Part shown: positions 27,995-38,361 of the stretch, one piece after another
Layout of the letters: every line of letters begins with the position of its first letter
How positions within the stretch are numbered: position 1 is the stretch's first letter
NCBI GenBank assembly: GCA_017453125.1
Contig: JAFTKS010000012.1
Coordinates: forward strand, 117,238 to 181,237
Reading direction: 5' to 3'
From: Clostridia bacterium
GTDB lineage: Bacteria > Bacillota > Clostridia > Christensenellales > UBA1242
DNA length: 64,000 nucleotides
Program-made: the position numbers and the translations under genes
Notes under the pieces: model-generated
What the model was told of the DNA's origin: nothing
Database searches by the model: none
The model's input: only the letters and a program-made list of their open reading frames with translations

Positions 27995-28531
27995 CTACTT
28001 CTTACCGCTCTTAACTTCTTTACGAACGATTACTTCGTCTGTGTAACTGATTCCGTAAGCGTGGTATGGCTCTACAGGCTTAATATCTCTAATTTTAGCT
28101 GCAAATTGTCCAACTAACTCTTTGTCGATACCAGCAACTTTGATTGTAGTTTTGTCACAAGAAAGTGTGATACCTGGGATAGCTTTTACAACTACAGGAT
28201 GAGAGAATCCAATATTCAATAATAAATCTTGACCTTGTTGAGCAAGTTTATAACCAACACCATTAACATTCAAAGACTTTTCAAAACCTTTGCTAACACC
28301 TTCAACCATATTAGCAATAAGTTGTCTATAAAGACCATGATAAGCTCTGTATTGAGTCTCTGTGTTGTTATTAAGAACCTTAACAGTAGAACCTTCTACA
28401 ACAACTTCAATTTTTGGATTAATTTCTCTGCTTAGAGAACCCTTAGGACCGGTAACAGATACAACTGAATTGTTAACTGTAACATTAACACCAGCAGGTA
28501 TTTCAATAGGATTTCTTCCAATTCTACTCAT
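27995..28531 (-). CDS. rplF: 50S ribosomal protein L6
   Basis: [19 protein letters not shown]... Confidence 0.95.
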   Translation of the reverse strand: MSRIGRNPIEIPAGVNVTVNNSVVSVTGPKGSLSREINPKIEVVVEGSTVKVLNNNTETQYRAYHGLYRQLIANMVEGVSKGFEKSLNVNGVGYKLAQQGQDLLLNIGFSHPVVVKAIPGITLSCDKTTIKVAGIDKELVGQFAAKIRDIKPVEPYHAYGISYTDEVIVRKEVKSGKK

Positions 28532-28543
28532 ATCTAATACCTC

Positions 28544-28927
28544 CTACCATACATAAGCAAGCACTTCGCCACCAACACCTAGTTTACGTGCTTCCCTATC
28601 AGTAATAATTCCTTTGTTAGTAGAAATAATTGCAATACCAAGGCCATTGATAACCTTTGGCAATTCTTCTACGCCAGCGTAAATTCTAAGACCTGGTTTA
28701 GAAATTCTCTTAAGTCCTTGAATTACTTTGTTATCTTTGAAATCGATAACGATATTTGCATTAATGCCCTCACCTTCAACTTTGTATGAAGCGATATAAC
28801 CTTCATTCATAAGAAGTTCAGCGATAGCAACTTTTGTTTTAGATACAGGAACGGAAACATTCTTATGCTTAGCATTCAAGGCATTTCTCATTCTTGTTAA
28901 CATATCTGCGATTGGATCTATAGTCAT
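28544..28927 (-). CDS. rpsH: 30S ribosomal protein S8
   Basis: Start moved to ATG 28927 (AAGGAGG RBS): [16 protein letters not shown]... Confidence 0.95.
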   Translation of the reverse strand: MTIDPIADMLTRMRNALNAKHKNVSVPVSKTKVAIAELLMNEGYIASYKVEGEGINANIVIDFKDNKVIQGLKRISKPGLRIYAGVEELPKVINGLGIAIISTNKGIITDREARKLGVGGEVLAYVW

Positions 28928-28944
28928 CTTAATATTTCCTCCTT

Positions 28945-29130
28945 TTACCAACTTGATTTCTTAACACCAGGAATCTCACCTTTGTAAGCAAGTTCCCTAA
29001 AACATACTCTGCAAATTCCATACTTTCTTAGAACAGAATGTGGACGTCCACAAATTTTGCAACGAGTATATTCACGTGTTGAGAATTTTTGAACTTTTTG
29101 TTGTTTATTTAATAATGCTTTTCTAGCCAT
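28945..29130 (-). CDS. rpsN: 30S ribosomal protein S14, type Z (zinc form, 61 aa)
   Basis: CKICGRP...CRVCFRE Cys4; ends ...GVKKSSW. Confidence 0.95.
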   Translation of the reverse strand: MARKALLNKQQKVQKFSTREYTRCKICGRPHSVLRKYGICRVCFRELAYKGEIPGVKKSSW

Positions 29131-29147
29131 AATTATCTCCTAACCTC

Positions 29148-29699
29148 CTACTTCTTGAAAGGCATACCTAGTTTTGAAAGAACTAGTCTAGCCTCATCAT
29201 CAGATTTAGCGGAAGTAACAATTACAATATCCAAGCCACGGATTTTGTCGATTTTTTCATAACTAATTTCTGGGAAAACTAGTTGCTCAGTAAGACCTAG
29301 AGCATAGTTTCCTCTACCATCAAAAGACTTTTTAGAAACACCTTGGAAGTCTCTTAGTCTAGGTAGTGCAATAGAGATAAGTTTATCTAAGAATTCGTAC
29401 ATATGGTCGCCTCTAAGAGTAACCTTTGCACCAATCTTCATACCTTCTCTAATCTTGAAGTTAGCAATTGATTTTTTAGCTGTAGTAGTAATAGGTTTTT
29501 GACCTGTAATAACAGCCAATTCTTCAACAGCTTTATTGAAAGCTTGAGAATTATCTTTAACATCACCAAGACCACGGCTAACGATAACTTTCTCTAGCTT
29601 AGGAACTTGATTAACGTTCTTATAACCCTTTTCTTTCATAATAGCAGGAACTACTTCTTCAAGATAAAGTTTATGTAATCTATTCATTTCTTTAGCCAT
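29148..29699 (-). CDS. rplE: 50S ribosomal protein L5
   Basis: ...[35 protein letters not shown]... Confidence 0.95.
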   Translation of the reverse strand: MAKEMNRLHKLYLEEVVPAIMKEKGYKNVNQVPKLEKVIVSRGLGDVKDNSQAFNKAVEELAVITGQKPITTTAKKSIANFKIREGMKIGAKVTLRGDHMYEFLDKLISIALPRLRDFQGVSKKSFDGRGNYALGLTEQLVFPEISYEKIDKIRGLDIVIVTSAKSDDEARLVLSKLGMPFKK

Positions 29700-29710
29700 T
29701 GTATTTCCTC

Positions 29711-30313
29711 CTATTTACTCTCTACTTTTTTAGTAGTTGTTGATTTTTTTGCAGTAGACTTAGTAGCAGTAGCAGATTTGGTAGTTTTCTCTGCAGTTGC
29801 TTTTGTAGTCTTAGTTGCAGGTTTTTCTGCTGTAGTCTTGGTAGTAGACTTTTTAGCAGTAGATGCAGTAGACTTAGTCTCTACTTTTTTAGTTTCTTCT
29901 TTCTTAGCTACTGGTTTTTTCTCAGCAGTAGTTGTTTTTGTTGTGGTTGCCTTGGTAGTAGTTTTAGTAGCTGTTTTCTTAGTTTCTTTCTTAACAGCTG
30001 TATCTAAATTAGCACCACATTTTTTACATTGACGAACTTTCTTTCCATCAACGATTTCATTATTAATTCTTGTAGCCTTATTACAAACAGGACAAACAAC
30101 TTGAACGTTACTAACGTGAATTTTGCCTTCCTTTTTAATAATGCCACCCTTATCATTGGCACTTCTAGGTTTCTTGTGCTTAGAAATAATGTTAACACCT
30201 GCTACTACAACGGAGTTGTCAGTAGGTTGTGCAACAAGCACTTTACCAGTTTTGCCTTTATCTTTACCAGCAATAACAAGAACTGTATCGCCTTTCTTAA
30301 CATTTAATGACAT
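29711..30313 (-). CDS. rplX: 50S ribosomal protein L24 with Cys4 ribbon and about 95-aa K/T/A-rich C-terminal tail (200 aa)
   Basis: KOW core [21 protein letters not shown]; CPVC...CKKC where Bacillus L24 has no Cys; tail of KTT/TKK/AEK low-complexity repeats. Confidence 0.92.
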   Translation of the reverse strand: MSLNVKKGDTVLVIAGKDKGKTGKVLVAQPTDNSVVVAGVNIISKHKKPRSANDKGGIIKKEGKIHVSNVQVVCPVCNKATRINNEIVDGKKVRQCKKCGANLDTAVKKETKKTATKTTTKATTTKTTTAEKKPVAKKEETKKVETKSTASTAKKSTTKTTAEKPATKTTKATAEKTTKSATATKSTAKKSTTTKKVESK

Positions 30314-30324
30314 ATTTAATCTCC

Positions 30325-30693
30325 TTATAATACTTCAGGTGCAAGGGAAATTATTTTCATAAAGCCTTTATCTCTAAGTTCTCTTGCGATTGGTCCAAAG
30401 ATACGAGTACCTTTTGGCATTTTTTGATTATCAATAATTACAGCGGCATTGTCGTCGAATTTAACGTAAGAACCGTCTGGTCTAGAAACTCCCTTAGAAG
30501 TTCTAACGATAACAGCTTTAACAACATCACCCTTCTTAACTGCTCCACCTGGAGTTGCAGTTTTAACAGAAGCAACGATAATGTCACCGATGTTACCACT
30601 TCTACGGAATGAGCCACCCAAAATTCTAATACACATAATTCTCTTAGCGCCACTATTGTCGGCTACTTTTAATATTGTTTGAGGTTGTACCAT
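30325..30693 (-). CDS. rplN: 50S ribosomal protein L14
   Basis: [23 protein letters not shown]... Confidence 0.96.
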   Translation of the reverse strand: MVQPQTILKVADNSGAKRIMCIRILGGSFRRSGNIGDIIVASVKTATPGGAVKKGDVVKAVIVRTSKGVSRPDGSYVKFDDNAAVIIDNQKMPKGTRIFGPIARELRDKGFMKIISLAPEVL

Positions 30694-30704
30694 AATTTTT
30701 CTCC

Positions 30705-30965
30705 TTATTTAGCCCTTTCTACGATTCTCACTAATCTAAAGTATTTATCTTTACTTAGTGGACGAGTTTCCATAATTTCTACAATGTCACCGATATTGCA
30801 CTCGTTTTTCTCATCGTGTGCTTTAAATTTCTTTGTAGTTTTGTATACTTTGCCGTATAGTGGATGTCTTTTATCTGATTCTACAGCAACAGTAATTGTT
30901 TTGTCCATTTTGTTACTAACAACAACGCCCATTCTAGTACGTCTGTCATTTCTTTCAACTGTCAT
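30705..30965 (-). CDS. rpsQ: 30S ribosomal protein S17
   Basis: ...[19 protein letters not shown]...HPLYGK... Confidence 0.95.
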   Translation of the reverse strand: MTVERNDRRTRMGVVVSNKMDKTITVAVESDKRHPLYGKVYKTTKKFKAHDEKNECNIGDIVEIMETRPLSKDKYFRLVRIVERAK

Positions 30966-30988
30966 ATCTTAAATCCTCCTATACGAAA

Positions 30989-31195
30989 TTAGGCATTAGC
31001 CTTTTTATTTAATTCTCTTTCAGTCAAAATTGTCTTAATTCTAGCAATATCCTTCTTAACGAAATTTAATTGCATAGGATTAGCAAGTTGTCCAGTAGCA
31101 TTTGAAAAACGAAGATTGAATAATTCTTGTTTCAATGACTTCAACTTTGACTCAAGTTCTTCGTTAGTCATATCTTTTAAGTTTTTAGCTTTCAT
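30989..31195 (-). CDS. rpmC: 50S ribosomal protein L29
   Basis: ...[28 protein letters not shown]... Confidence 0.94.
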   Translation of the reverse strand: MKAKNLKDMTNEELESKLKSLKQELFNLRFSNATGQLANPMQLNFVKKDIARIKTILTERELNKKANA

Positions 31196-31632
31196 TATTC
31201 GTTACCACCTTCTTCAGTTTCTTTTTCTTTCATAACGAATTTAGTCTTACAAGGTAATTTGTGACCAGCTAGTCTCATAGCCTCTCTAGCTTGTTCCTCA
31301 GATACACCATCAAGTTCGAATAGAACTCTACCTGGCTTAACAACAGCTACCCAGAACTCTGGAGCGCCCTTACCTTTACCCATACGAGTACCGATAGGCT
31401 TCTTAGAAACTGGTTTCTGAGGGAATACGTTTATCCAAACTCTTCCGCCTCTTTTTGTGAAACGGTTGATAGCAACTCTGGCAGCTTCAAGTTGATTAGC
31501 GGTTAACCAACAAGGTTCTGTTGCAACAAGACCATAAGTACCGTAAGCAATAACGTTACCACGAGTAGCCTTACCTTTCATTCTTCCTCTAAATTGTTTT
31601 CTTCTTGTAACTCTTCTAGGCATCATTAACAT
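31195..31632 (-). CDS. rplP: 50S ribosomal protein L16
   Basis: [20 protein letters not shown]...; GGAGGTGA RBS 6 nt upstream. Confidence 0.95.
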   Translation of the reverse strand: MLMMPRRVTRRKQFRGRMKGKATRGNVIAYGTYGLVATEPCWLTANQLEAARVAINRFTKRGGRVWINVFPQKPVSKKPIGTRMGKGKGAPEFWVAVVKPGRVLFELDGVSEEQAREAMRLAGHKLPCKTKFVMKEKETEEGGNE

Positions 31633-32312
31633 AGTGCGTCACCTCCAACTTCTGAAGTAGAGTCTGATGTAACTGCCTTTTTGTTTAAGATTTCGCCTTT
31701 GCAAATCCAAACTTTAACACCGATTACACCAAATGTAGTATGAGCTTCATAAGTAGCATAATCGATATCAGCTCTGATTGTATGAAGAGGAAGTCTTCCT
31801 TCGTGATAGTGTTCGCTTCTAGCGATTTCAGCACCATCAAGTCTACCACTTACCATAATTTTACAACCAGTAGCACCTGCTTTCATAACTCTTTGCATAG
31901 CTTGTTTCATAGCTCTTCTGAAGCTAGCTCTCTTCTCAAGTTGAAGAGCGATAGATTCAGCAACCAACTCTGCATCAAGGTCAGGTCTCTTAACTTCTTT
32001 AATATTAATGCTAATATTTTTGTTCTTGCTAATTTTAGCAATATCATTCTTTAATTCTTCAACACCAGCACCCTTCATACCAATAACGATACCAGGTTTA
32101 GATGTATAAATATCTACGGTTAGACGATTAACAGTTCTTTCAATAATAATCTTTGAAATACCGTTTCCAGCGTGTTTTTTATTAATAAATTTTCTAATCT
32201 TATTGTCTTCAATAAGATAATCAGAGAAATCCTTTTTATTAGCAATCCAAGAAGAACTCCATTCTTTATTAACGCCAACTCTTAAACCGTGTGGATTAAC
32301 TTTTTGTCCCAT
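31626..32312 (-). CDS. rpsC: 30S ribosomal protein S3
   Basis: [18 protein letters not shown]... Confidence 0.96.
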   Translation of the reverse strand: MGQKVNPHGLRVGVNKEWSSSWIANKKDFSDYLIEDNKIRKFINKKHAGNGISKIIIERTVNRLTVDIYTSKPGIVIGMKGAGVEELKNDIAKISKNKNISINIKEVKRPDLDAELVAESIALQLEKRASFRRAMKQAMQRVMKAGATGCKIMVSGRLDGAEIARSEHYHEGRLPLHTIRADIDYATYEAHTTFGVIGVKVWICKGEILNKKAVTSDSTSEVGGDALC

Positions 32313-32330
32313 AATTCTTTTCTTGCTCCT

Positions 32331-32720
32331 TTACTTTTTTAGAGTGTCTAACACGATTGTGATATGACAATTTCTTTTAATAATTGTATCAACTCCACCT
32401 CTTCCTCTAAAAGAAACTCTTTTAAAAGAAGGTGCTTGATTTGCATATGCTTCAGCAACAATTAGTTCGTCCTTGTTAAGACCTTGATTGTTTTCAGCAT
32501 TAGCCATAGCTGAGCATAAAACTTTCTTAACTACGATTGAAGCAGTGCTAGGAGTAATATCTAGTATAGCACAAGCTTCAACAGCAGATTTGTTCTTGAT
32601 AATATCAAGTAATCTTTTTGCTTTTGGGGCACCCATTCTAACGTATCTAGCAGTAGCAGTAGGACGAGTGTCTCTATTTTCTAATCTTTTTGCAGATTTT
32701 TCTTTCATTCTCTTAGCCAT
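32331..32720 (-). CDS. rplV: 50S ribosomal protein L22
   Basis: ...ARYVRMGAPKAKRLLDIIKNKS...; S10-operon order. Confidence 0.94.
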   Translation of the reverse strand: MAKRMKEKSAKRLENRDTRPTATARYVRMGAPKAKRLLDIIKNKSAVEACAILDITPSTASIVVKKVLCSAMANAENNQGLNKDELIVAEAYANQAPSFKRVSFRGRGGVDTIIKRNCHITIVLDTLKK

Positions 32721-32733
32721 TGTTTATCTCTCC

Positions 32734-33006
32734 TTACTTCTTTGCCTTGTCACTGCCGTGGCCTCTATAAGTTCTAGTTGGAGCGAATTCACCAAGTTTA
32801 TGACCAATCATATCAATTGTACAATAAACAGGAATATGTTTCATACCATTGTGAACTGCGATTGTGTGTCCAACGAACTCAGGGTAAATAGTTGAAGATC
32901 TACTCCAAGCTTTTAGAACTTGTTTTTTGCCCTCAGCGTTTAATTTCTCTACTCTTTTGAATAACCTTTCTTCAACATAAGGTTTTTTCTTTAATGATCT
33001 ACTCAT
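32734..33006 (-). CDS. rpsS: 30S ribosomal protein S19
   Basis: [11 protein letters not shown]...[16 protein letters not shown]. Confidence 0.96.
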   Translation of the reverse strand: MSRSLKKKPYVEERLFKRVEKLNAEGKKQVLKAWSRSSTIYPEFVGHTIAVHNGMKHIPVYCTIDMIGHKLGEFAPTRTYRGHGSDKAKK

Positions 33007-33019
33007 ACCTTATACACTC

Positions 33020-33847
33020 CTAATTAGCACGCTTAATAATAAGTTTGCTAGATTGTTTTTTAGTGTTTCTAGTTTTCTTACCAAGAGCAGGTTTACCCCA
33101 AGGAGTAAGTGGAGATTTTCTTCCAACAGGACATTTACCTTCACCACCACCGTGTGGGTGATCACAAGGGTTCATAACACTACCACGAACAGTAGGACGA
33201 ACACCCATATGTCTAGTTCTACCTGCTTTACCGATAGAAACTATTTCGTGTTCAAGATTGCCAACTTGACCAATTGTAGCTTTACAATTAGCAAGAACCA
33301 ATCTCATCTCGCCAGAAGGTAATTTGATAGTTGCATATTTACCTTCTTTAGCCATAAGTCTTGCTTCCATACCAGCAGACCTAACTATTTGACCACCATT
33401 TCCTGGAGTCAATTCAATATTGTGGATAACTGCACCAACCGGCATATCCTTAAGTTCAAGAGCGTTACCAACTTTGATTTCAGCAGTAGCACCGCTCATA
33501 ACAGTATCACCAACGTTTAATCCAAGAGGAGCAAGGATATATCTCTTTTCACCATCAGCATATGATAGTAATGCGATATAAGCACTTCTGTTTGGATCAT
33601 ATTCGATACCAACAACTTTAGCAGGAATTCCATCTTTGTCTCTTCTAAAGTCGATAATTCTATATTTTACTCTGTTACCACCACCTCTGTGTCTAACAGT
33701 AATTCTGCCTTGATTATTTCTACCAGCGTTCTTCTTTTTCTCAACCAAAAGAGATTTTTCAGGAGTCTTTTTGGTAACTTCTTCGAAAGAAGCTGTAGTA
33801 TAAAATCTTCTTGCAGGAGATGTTGCTTTATATGTTTTAATAGCCAT
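33020..33847 (-). CDS. rplB: 50S ribosomal protein L2
   Basis: [14 protein letters not shown]...[17 protein letters not shown]...HPHGGGEGK. Confidence 0.97.
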   Translation of the reverse strand: MAIKTYKATSPARRFYTTASFEEVTKKTPEKSLLVEKKKNAGRNNQGRITVRHRGGGNRVKYRIIDFRRDKDGIPAKVVGIEYDPNRSAYIALLSYADGEKRYILAPLGLNVGDTVMSGATAEIKVGNALELKDMPVGAVIHNIELTPGNGGQIVRSAGMEARLMAKEGKYATIKLPSGEMRLVLANCKATIGQVGNLEHEIVSIGKAGRTRHMGVRPTVRGSVMNPCDHPHGGGEGKCPVGRKSPLTPWGKPALGKKTRNTKKQSSKLIIKRAN

Positions 33848-33871
33848 TATAATATCCTCCTAACCTTAATC

Positions 33872-34162
33872 CTATGATAGACTCTCGAAGAACTCGATTG
33901 CTTTACTATCAGCAGTTAAAGTTACATATGCTTTTTTATAATCGCTTCTATAACCTTGAGTCTTTCCTTGTCTTTTTAGTTTTCCATTAACATTTACAGT
34001 GTTAACTGACTTAACTTTAACACCAAATATCTCTTCAATAGCCTTCTTAATTTCAGACTTGTTAGCGCTCTTATCAACAACAAATGCATATTTTTTGTTT
34101 GCGATTTCAGCGTAAGTCTTTTCACTTAAAATAGGCTTCTTTATAATATCAAATGATCTCAT
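33872..34162 (-). CDS. rplW: 50S ribosomal protein L23
   Basis: ...[12 protein letters not shown]...[27 protein letters not shown]. Confidence 0.94.
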   Translation of the reverse strand: MRSFDIIKKPILSEKTYAEIANKKYAFVVDKSANKSEIKKAIEEIFGVKVKSVNTVNVNGKLKRQGKTQGYRSDYKKAYVTLTADSKAIEFFESLS

Positions 34163-34788
34163 TATGCCTTATAAGCCTCCTCTATTGATTTGATAGCATC
34201 TGCTGTTACAATCAATTTGTCGCATTTAACAATATCATAAACGCTTAACAATTCAGAATTTGTAACTTCTACTGCAGAAAGGTTTCCGCTTGCTCTAAGA
34301 ACATTTTCATTCTCACCCTTAATAACAACAACTGCTGTTTTGTCAATTCCAAGATTTTTAAGAACCTCAACCATTGATTTTGTTTTAGCATCTTTGATAT
34401 CAAGATTTTCAAGAACAACAAGTTCTTTGTCTGCAAGTTTAGTACTGATTGCACTTCTGAATGCAACTCTCTTTGCTTCTTTGTTAACTTTCTTAGAGAA
34501 ATCTCTTGGCTTTGGTGCAAAAGCTACACCACCACCTCTCCATTGTGGAGCTTTGGTTGAGCCTTGTCTTGCTCTACCAGTTCCTTTCTGTCTCCATGGT
34601 TTCTTAGCATGTCCTCTAACTTCTGATCTAGTTAAAGCACTCTTTGTACCTTGACGGAGATTAGCCAAATGTGCAACAACAACTTGATGAATCAATGCTT
34701 CGTTATATTCTTGTTTGAATACTGAATCATTAAGTTTAATAGTGCCACATTCTTGACCTAAAATATTTAGTAATTTTGTGCTTGCCAT
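34162..34788 (-). CDS. rplD: 50S ribosomal protein L4
   Basis: ...[16 protein letters not shown]... Confidence 0.95.
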   Translation of the reverse strand: MASTKLLNILGQECGTIKLNDSVFKQEYNEALIHQVVVAHLANLRQGTKSALTRSEVRGHAKKPWRQKGTGRARQGSTKAPQWRGGGVAFAPKPRDFSKKVNKEAKRVAFRSAISTKLADKELVVLENLDIKDAKTKSMVEVLKNLGIDKTAVVVIKGENENVLRASGNLSAVEVTNSELLSVYDIVKCDKLIVTADAIKSIEEAYKA

Positions 34789-34802
34789 TATTCTCTATCT
34801 CC

Positions 34803-35441
34803 TTATCCATTTACTTTAACTGCTGACTTAACAGAAACTAGACTACCTTTAGCACCTGGAATAGCACCTTTGATAAGTAGAATATTTCTATCTGCATCAA
34901 CTTTAACTACTTTTAAATTTTGAACGGTAACTTTTTCATTACCCCATCTACCAGCCATTTTCTTTCCTTTGAAAACTTTTGCAGGGAAAGTATTAGCACC
35001 AATAGAACCAACGTGTCTATGTACTGGACCATTACCGTGAGTCATTCTGTGTCTATGGAAATTCCATTTTGCGATAGTACCACTGAAACCGTGACCCTTA
35101 GAAGTACCGCAAACGTCAACCATATCGCCTTCTGCGAAGATATCACAAGCAATCTTATCGCCTAGTTTGTATTCACTAGCATTATCCAATTTAAATTCTT
35201 TAAGATATTTCTTAGCAGAGATTTCTGCTTTCTTTAGCGTTCCAAGCATAGGTTTGTTTAGAAGTTGTTCTCTAACATCACCGAATGCAAGTTGAACTGC
35301 ACTATATCCATCGTTCTCAACTGTTTTAATTTGAGAAACGAAACAAGGACCTGCCTCAACAACTGTAACAGGGACAACTAAGCCATTGTTATCGAATATT
35401 TGAGTCATACCAAGTTTTTTGCCTAATATTGCTTTTTTCAT
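34803..35441 (-). CDS. rplC: 50S ribosomal protein L3
   Basis: MKKAILGKKLGMTQIFDNNG... Confidence 0.96.
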   Translation of the reverse strand: MKKAILGKKLGMTQIFDNNGLVVPVTVVEAGPCFVSQIKTVENDGYSAVQLAFGDVREQLLNKPMLGTLKKAEISAKKYLKEFKLDNASEYKLGDKIACDIFAEGDMVDVCGTSKGHGFSGTIAKWNFHRHRMTHGNGPVHRHVGSIGANTFPAKVFKGKKMAGRWGNEKVTVQNLKVVKVDADRNILLIKGAIPGAKGSLVSVKSAVKVNG

Positions 35442-35464
35442 TGTTAATTAATCCTCCCTATTAC

Positions 35465-35773
35465 TTAAAGTTTAATATTGATGTCTACACCTGCAGGAAG
35501 TTCCAACTTCATAAGAGCATCAACTGCCTTTGCTGAAGGACTGTAAATATCAATTAGTCTTTTATGTGTTCTAAGTTCGAACTGCTCACGACTATCTTTG
35601 TATTTGTGAGTAGCACGAAGTATTGTAACCACTTCTTTATTTGTAGGAAGTGGAATTGGACCACTAATCTTTGCACCAAACTTAAGAGCAGTATCAACGA
35701 TTCTCTTACTAGCTACATCAATTAGGTTGTGGTCGAATGCATTTAATTTAATTCTAATTTTTTGTGTTGCCAT
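35465..35773 (-). CDS. rpsJ: 30S ribosomal protein S10
   Basis: [19 protein letters not shown]...; AAAGGAGA RBS; first gene of the operon. Confidence 0.96.
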   Translation of the reverse strand: MATQKIRIKLNAFDHNLIDVASKRIVDTALKFGAKISGPIPLPTNKEVVTILRATHKYKDSREQFELRTHKRLIDIYSPSAKAVDALMKLELPAGVDINIKL

Positions 35774-36064
35774 TAATTTTTCTCCTTTAATTAATTTGCC
35801 TAAGAACCTTTCTTATGCATATAGTGAGATAAAGCAAAGAATTACCAAAACCCCTCTTCAGAACTTATATCCATCATTCAAAAGTAGATTTCATATACAC
35901 ATTCTAACACTTTACCGTGTGTTCACTAGCCGTAATCAAAAAAAATATGCAAGTTCTTAGTCGTTTACAATCTATTGCGTAAACACTCCAAAAATGTAAA
36001 TTATCCCTATAATTCGGCATTTTATCGGGTAACTTTACATCGCACAATATATTACAGCATAGTT

Positions 36065-36093
36065 ATTTTACCTTAAAAATGCCTTAAAGTCAA
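36065..36093 (-). promoter_or_regulatory. sigma-A promoter of the S10 operon
   Basis: Minus strand TTGACT (36093-36088), 17 nt, TAAAAT (36070-36065). Implies a leader of about 280 nt before rpsJ. Confidence 0.55.
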
Positions 36094-36233
36094 CACTTTT
36101 TCGAAAAAAAATTATTTTTTTTAAAATTAAAAATTCTTTTAAAATTTTGTTTAAAAATAATATTAAAAATTTTAAATTTTCTTATATATTTATAATGTTA
36201 TATATATAATATTATTTATTATGTTTACATATA

Positions 36234-36267
36234 GATAAAAAAAGGATTCCGACAAATCAGAATCCCC
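36234..36267 (-). terminator. intrinsic terminator after 36274-36471
   Basis: Minus strand GGATTC-loop-GAATCC stem followed by TTTTTTT. Confidence 0.65.
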
Positions 36268-36273
36268 TAATCA

Positions 36274-36471
36274 TTACTTTAGATTTTCGTTAAGTTTCTC
36301 AACCATAAGATTTACATCAACCCCGTGAACAGCAGCAGCCTCTTCCAATGTTTCCATTTGGCTCATTGGGCAATGAACACACCCCATACCAAAACCTTTA
36401 AGAATAGCCTCAGCATTAGGATTGATTTTCAATGCTTCACCAATAGTTGTTCCCTTATTAACTTTTGCCAT
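36274..36471 (-). CDS. DUF1858 / hybrid-cluster-protein-associated redox disulfide domain protein (65 aa)
   Basis: ...TIGEALKINPNAEAILKGFGMGCVHCPMSQMETLEEAAAVHGVD..., the CxxC-containing pattern I recall for this family. Confidence 0.7.
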   Translation of the reverse strand: MAKVNKGTTIGEALKINPNAEAILKGFGMGCVHCPMSQMETLEEAAAVHGVDVNLMVEKLNENLK

Positions 36472-36529
36472 AATTGTCTCCTTTATTGTATAACAAATAA
36501 ATTATATCATATTTGTAAAATATTTCAAA

Positions 36530-37468
36530 TCAATTTAATCGATTACCACAATTTATACAAATTTTAGAATTCGGATTGTTTTGTTTTTTACAAACCCGAC
36601 ATATCAAAAATTGTTGATTGTTTTGGGTTTTTGGCTTATTTTGCATAGTACCCACATTGGACTTATTTTCTGTTGCCAACAACACTTCAATTTTTGGTGT
36701 ATTAATAGTATTTTTTTCTATCAAAGAATTAACATTAAAGCCCGATACCCGCTGTTGTCTTCGAGACATATATTCATTAACCTTTGGCTGATATTTTTTT
36801 GAAAACTTAATAGAATTAAGTGTTATATTCGTAACAAACAAACCAGCCTTATCCAAAGCATCTTGCATAGATTCATTCACAATGCTTTCTGCATATTCTT
36901 GATTATTTAGTAGCACTTCAGTTGGTATTTTATTTTTTTGAATAATATAATTTATCTTATTCCCAATAATCAACCCGATATGTTTCTCAATTTTTTTGGT
37001 AGTTATTTTCCCCTTTTTGATTACGAGTAGTTTTATCAAAGAACTTGAGTCAATCACCCTAACAGAACATCTTCCTTCCAAACACCCCTTAATCTTTCCC
37101 AATTCACCATTTTTCACTTTGAATGGAATATCCGAATAAAAAGAAAATTTTTTAAACTCCGATAAATTAACACAATAAATATCTGCTCGAATCTTTCTAT
37201 GTGAAGTTCCAAATCCATCTTTTGATTTTATCCTATCAAAGACCTCAGGAAGAGACTCTTTATTGATTTTATACTTTCCCGAAGTAACTATGTCACATAG
37301 TCTATTTTTCACAACAATAGCACAAGTATAACCATCTCTAACTAAAATATTTTTATTAAAAAATAAATACTTTTTGTTTTTTAAATAAGAAACAATATGT
37401 TCGTCATCTTGACCACCACAATCAATGTTTTTATTAAATATTTCTTTTAGTCTCTTTATTATTCCCAT
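36530..37468 (-). CDS. SPFH-domain, YdjI-like protein with C-terminal zinc ribbon
   Basis: Core alignable by eye to B. subtilis YdjI (ADIYCVNLSEFKKFSF... vs AEVLFVNTKEFTVRW...). C-terminal CRVCKKQ...CINCGNRL. Confidence 0.5.
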   Translation of the reverse strand: MGIIKRLKEIFNKNIDCGGQDDEHIVSYLKNKKYLFFNKNILVRDGYTCAIVVKNRLCDIVTSGKYKINKESLPEVFDRIKSKDGFGTSHRKIRADIYCVNLSEFKKFSFYSDIPFKVKNGELGKIKGCLEGRCSVRVIDSSSLIKLLVIKKGKITTKKIEKHIGLIIGNKINYIIQKNKIPTEVLLNNQEYAESIVNESMQDALDKAGLFVTNITLNSIKFSKKYQPKVNEYMSRRQQRVSGFNVNSLIEKNTINTPKIEVLLATENKSNVGTMQNKPKTQNNQQFLICRVCKKQNNPNSKICINCGNRLN

Positions 37469-37591
37469 ATGATAATTTTAACACATTAAACAATTTATTA
37501 CAAATTATTGACTAAAGTATTAATCTTTTTCAGCATAAAGAGCAGTATTATTGTAATATACATTAAATATAAATCCCAAATGGAGTAAAGT

Positions 37592-38323
37592 ATGTATACA
37601 TTATCTGAAATCATATCTTCACCAGTCATAAGCCTATTTGAATGTGAATATCAAGGAACAATAACAAACTTATTATTTGATTCAAAACTAAAAAAATGCA
37701 AATACGCTTGCGTTGTAAACGAGTCAGACGGCATAGCAAAAACAATAAAAACAAGTGATTTTTACATAGTTGGCAAAAATTGTACGTTTATAAAAAACGA
37801 ATCCTATGTCGACCTTAATATTGATAATTCTCCCTACCAAAACAATTGCACAAGTATCATACACTTAAATGTTTTTGATACTGATGGAAATTATTACGGA
37901 GTAAGTAAAGACATTAATTTAGACGAAAATTTCAATATTCTAAATATTGTTCTTGACAATGACAAAATTATTTCTGAAAAAGAAATATGCAATATTGGAA
38001 AAACAATTATCCTACTCAACAAAAACAACTTTAATTTAAACAAATTTAAACCAAAACAGAAAATAAAAATCAATTCCAACACAAATACAAAAGTTGTTGT
38101 ATTAAACGAAAAAAAACCATCTACTCTTACACATAAACCAAACAACCCTATTAATAAAATTACCACAGATTCTCGGTTTTTGTTTGGCAGAAAACTTAAT
38201 AAAACCATAGTTTCTTCTAACGGAGAAATTATTGCAAAATCTGGTTCTATAATAACCAAAAATATTCTTTCCAAAGCAAGCATCTACGGAAAGACACTTG
38301 AATTAACTAGATTTAGTAGTTAA
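37592..38323 (+). CDS. hypothetical protein, possible PRC-barrel repeats
   Basis: LSEIISSPVISLFECEYQGTITNLLFDSKLKKCKYACVV resembles the PRC-barrel (YlmC/YmxH-like) pattern; weak call. Confidence 0.35.
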   Translation: MYTLSEIISSPVISLFECEYQGTITNLLFDSKLKKCKYACVVNESDGIAKTIKTSDFYIVGKNCTFIKNESYVDLNIDNSPYQNNCTSIIHLNVFDTDGNYYGVSKDINLDENFNILNIVLDNDKIISEKEICNIGKTIILLNKNNFNLNKFKPKQKIKINSNTNTKVVVLNEKKPSTLTHKPNNPINKITTDSRFLFGRKLNKTIVSSNGEIIAKSGSIITKNILSKASIYGKTLELTRFSS

Positions 38324-38356
38324 AAAAAATATCCAAAATTAATTTGGATATTTTTT
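38322..38356. terminator. bidirectional terminator between convergent genes
   Basis: A run, ATATCCAAAATT/AATTTGGATAT near-perfect palindrome, then T run. Confidence 0.7.
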
Positions 38357-38361
38357 ATTCA

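Noticed and set aside
29778-30362. Plus-strand ORFs of 84, 92 and 79 aa
   Set aside because: They are antisense to rplX. The low-complexity Val/Phe-rich translations mirror the K/T/A tail codons, and there is no RBS.
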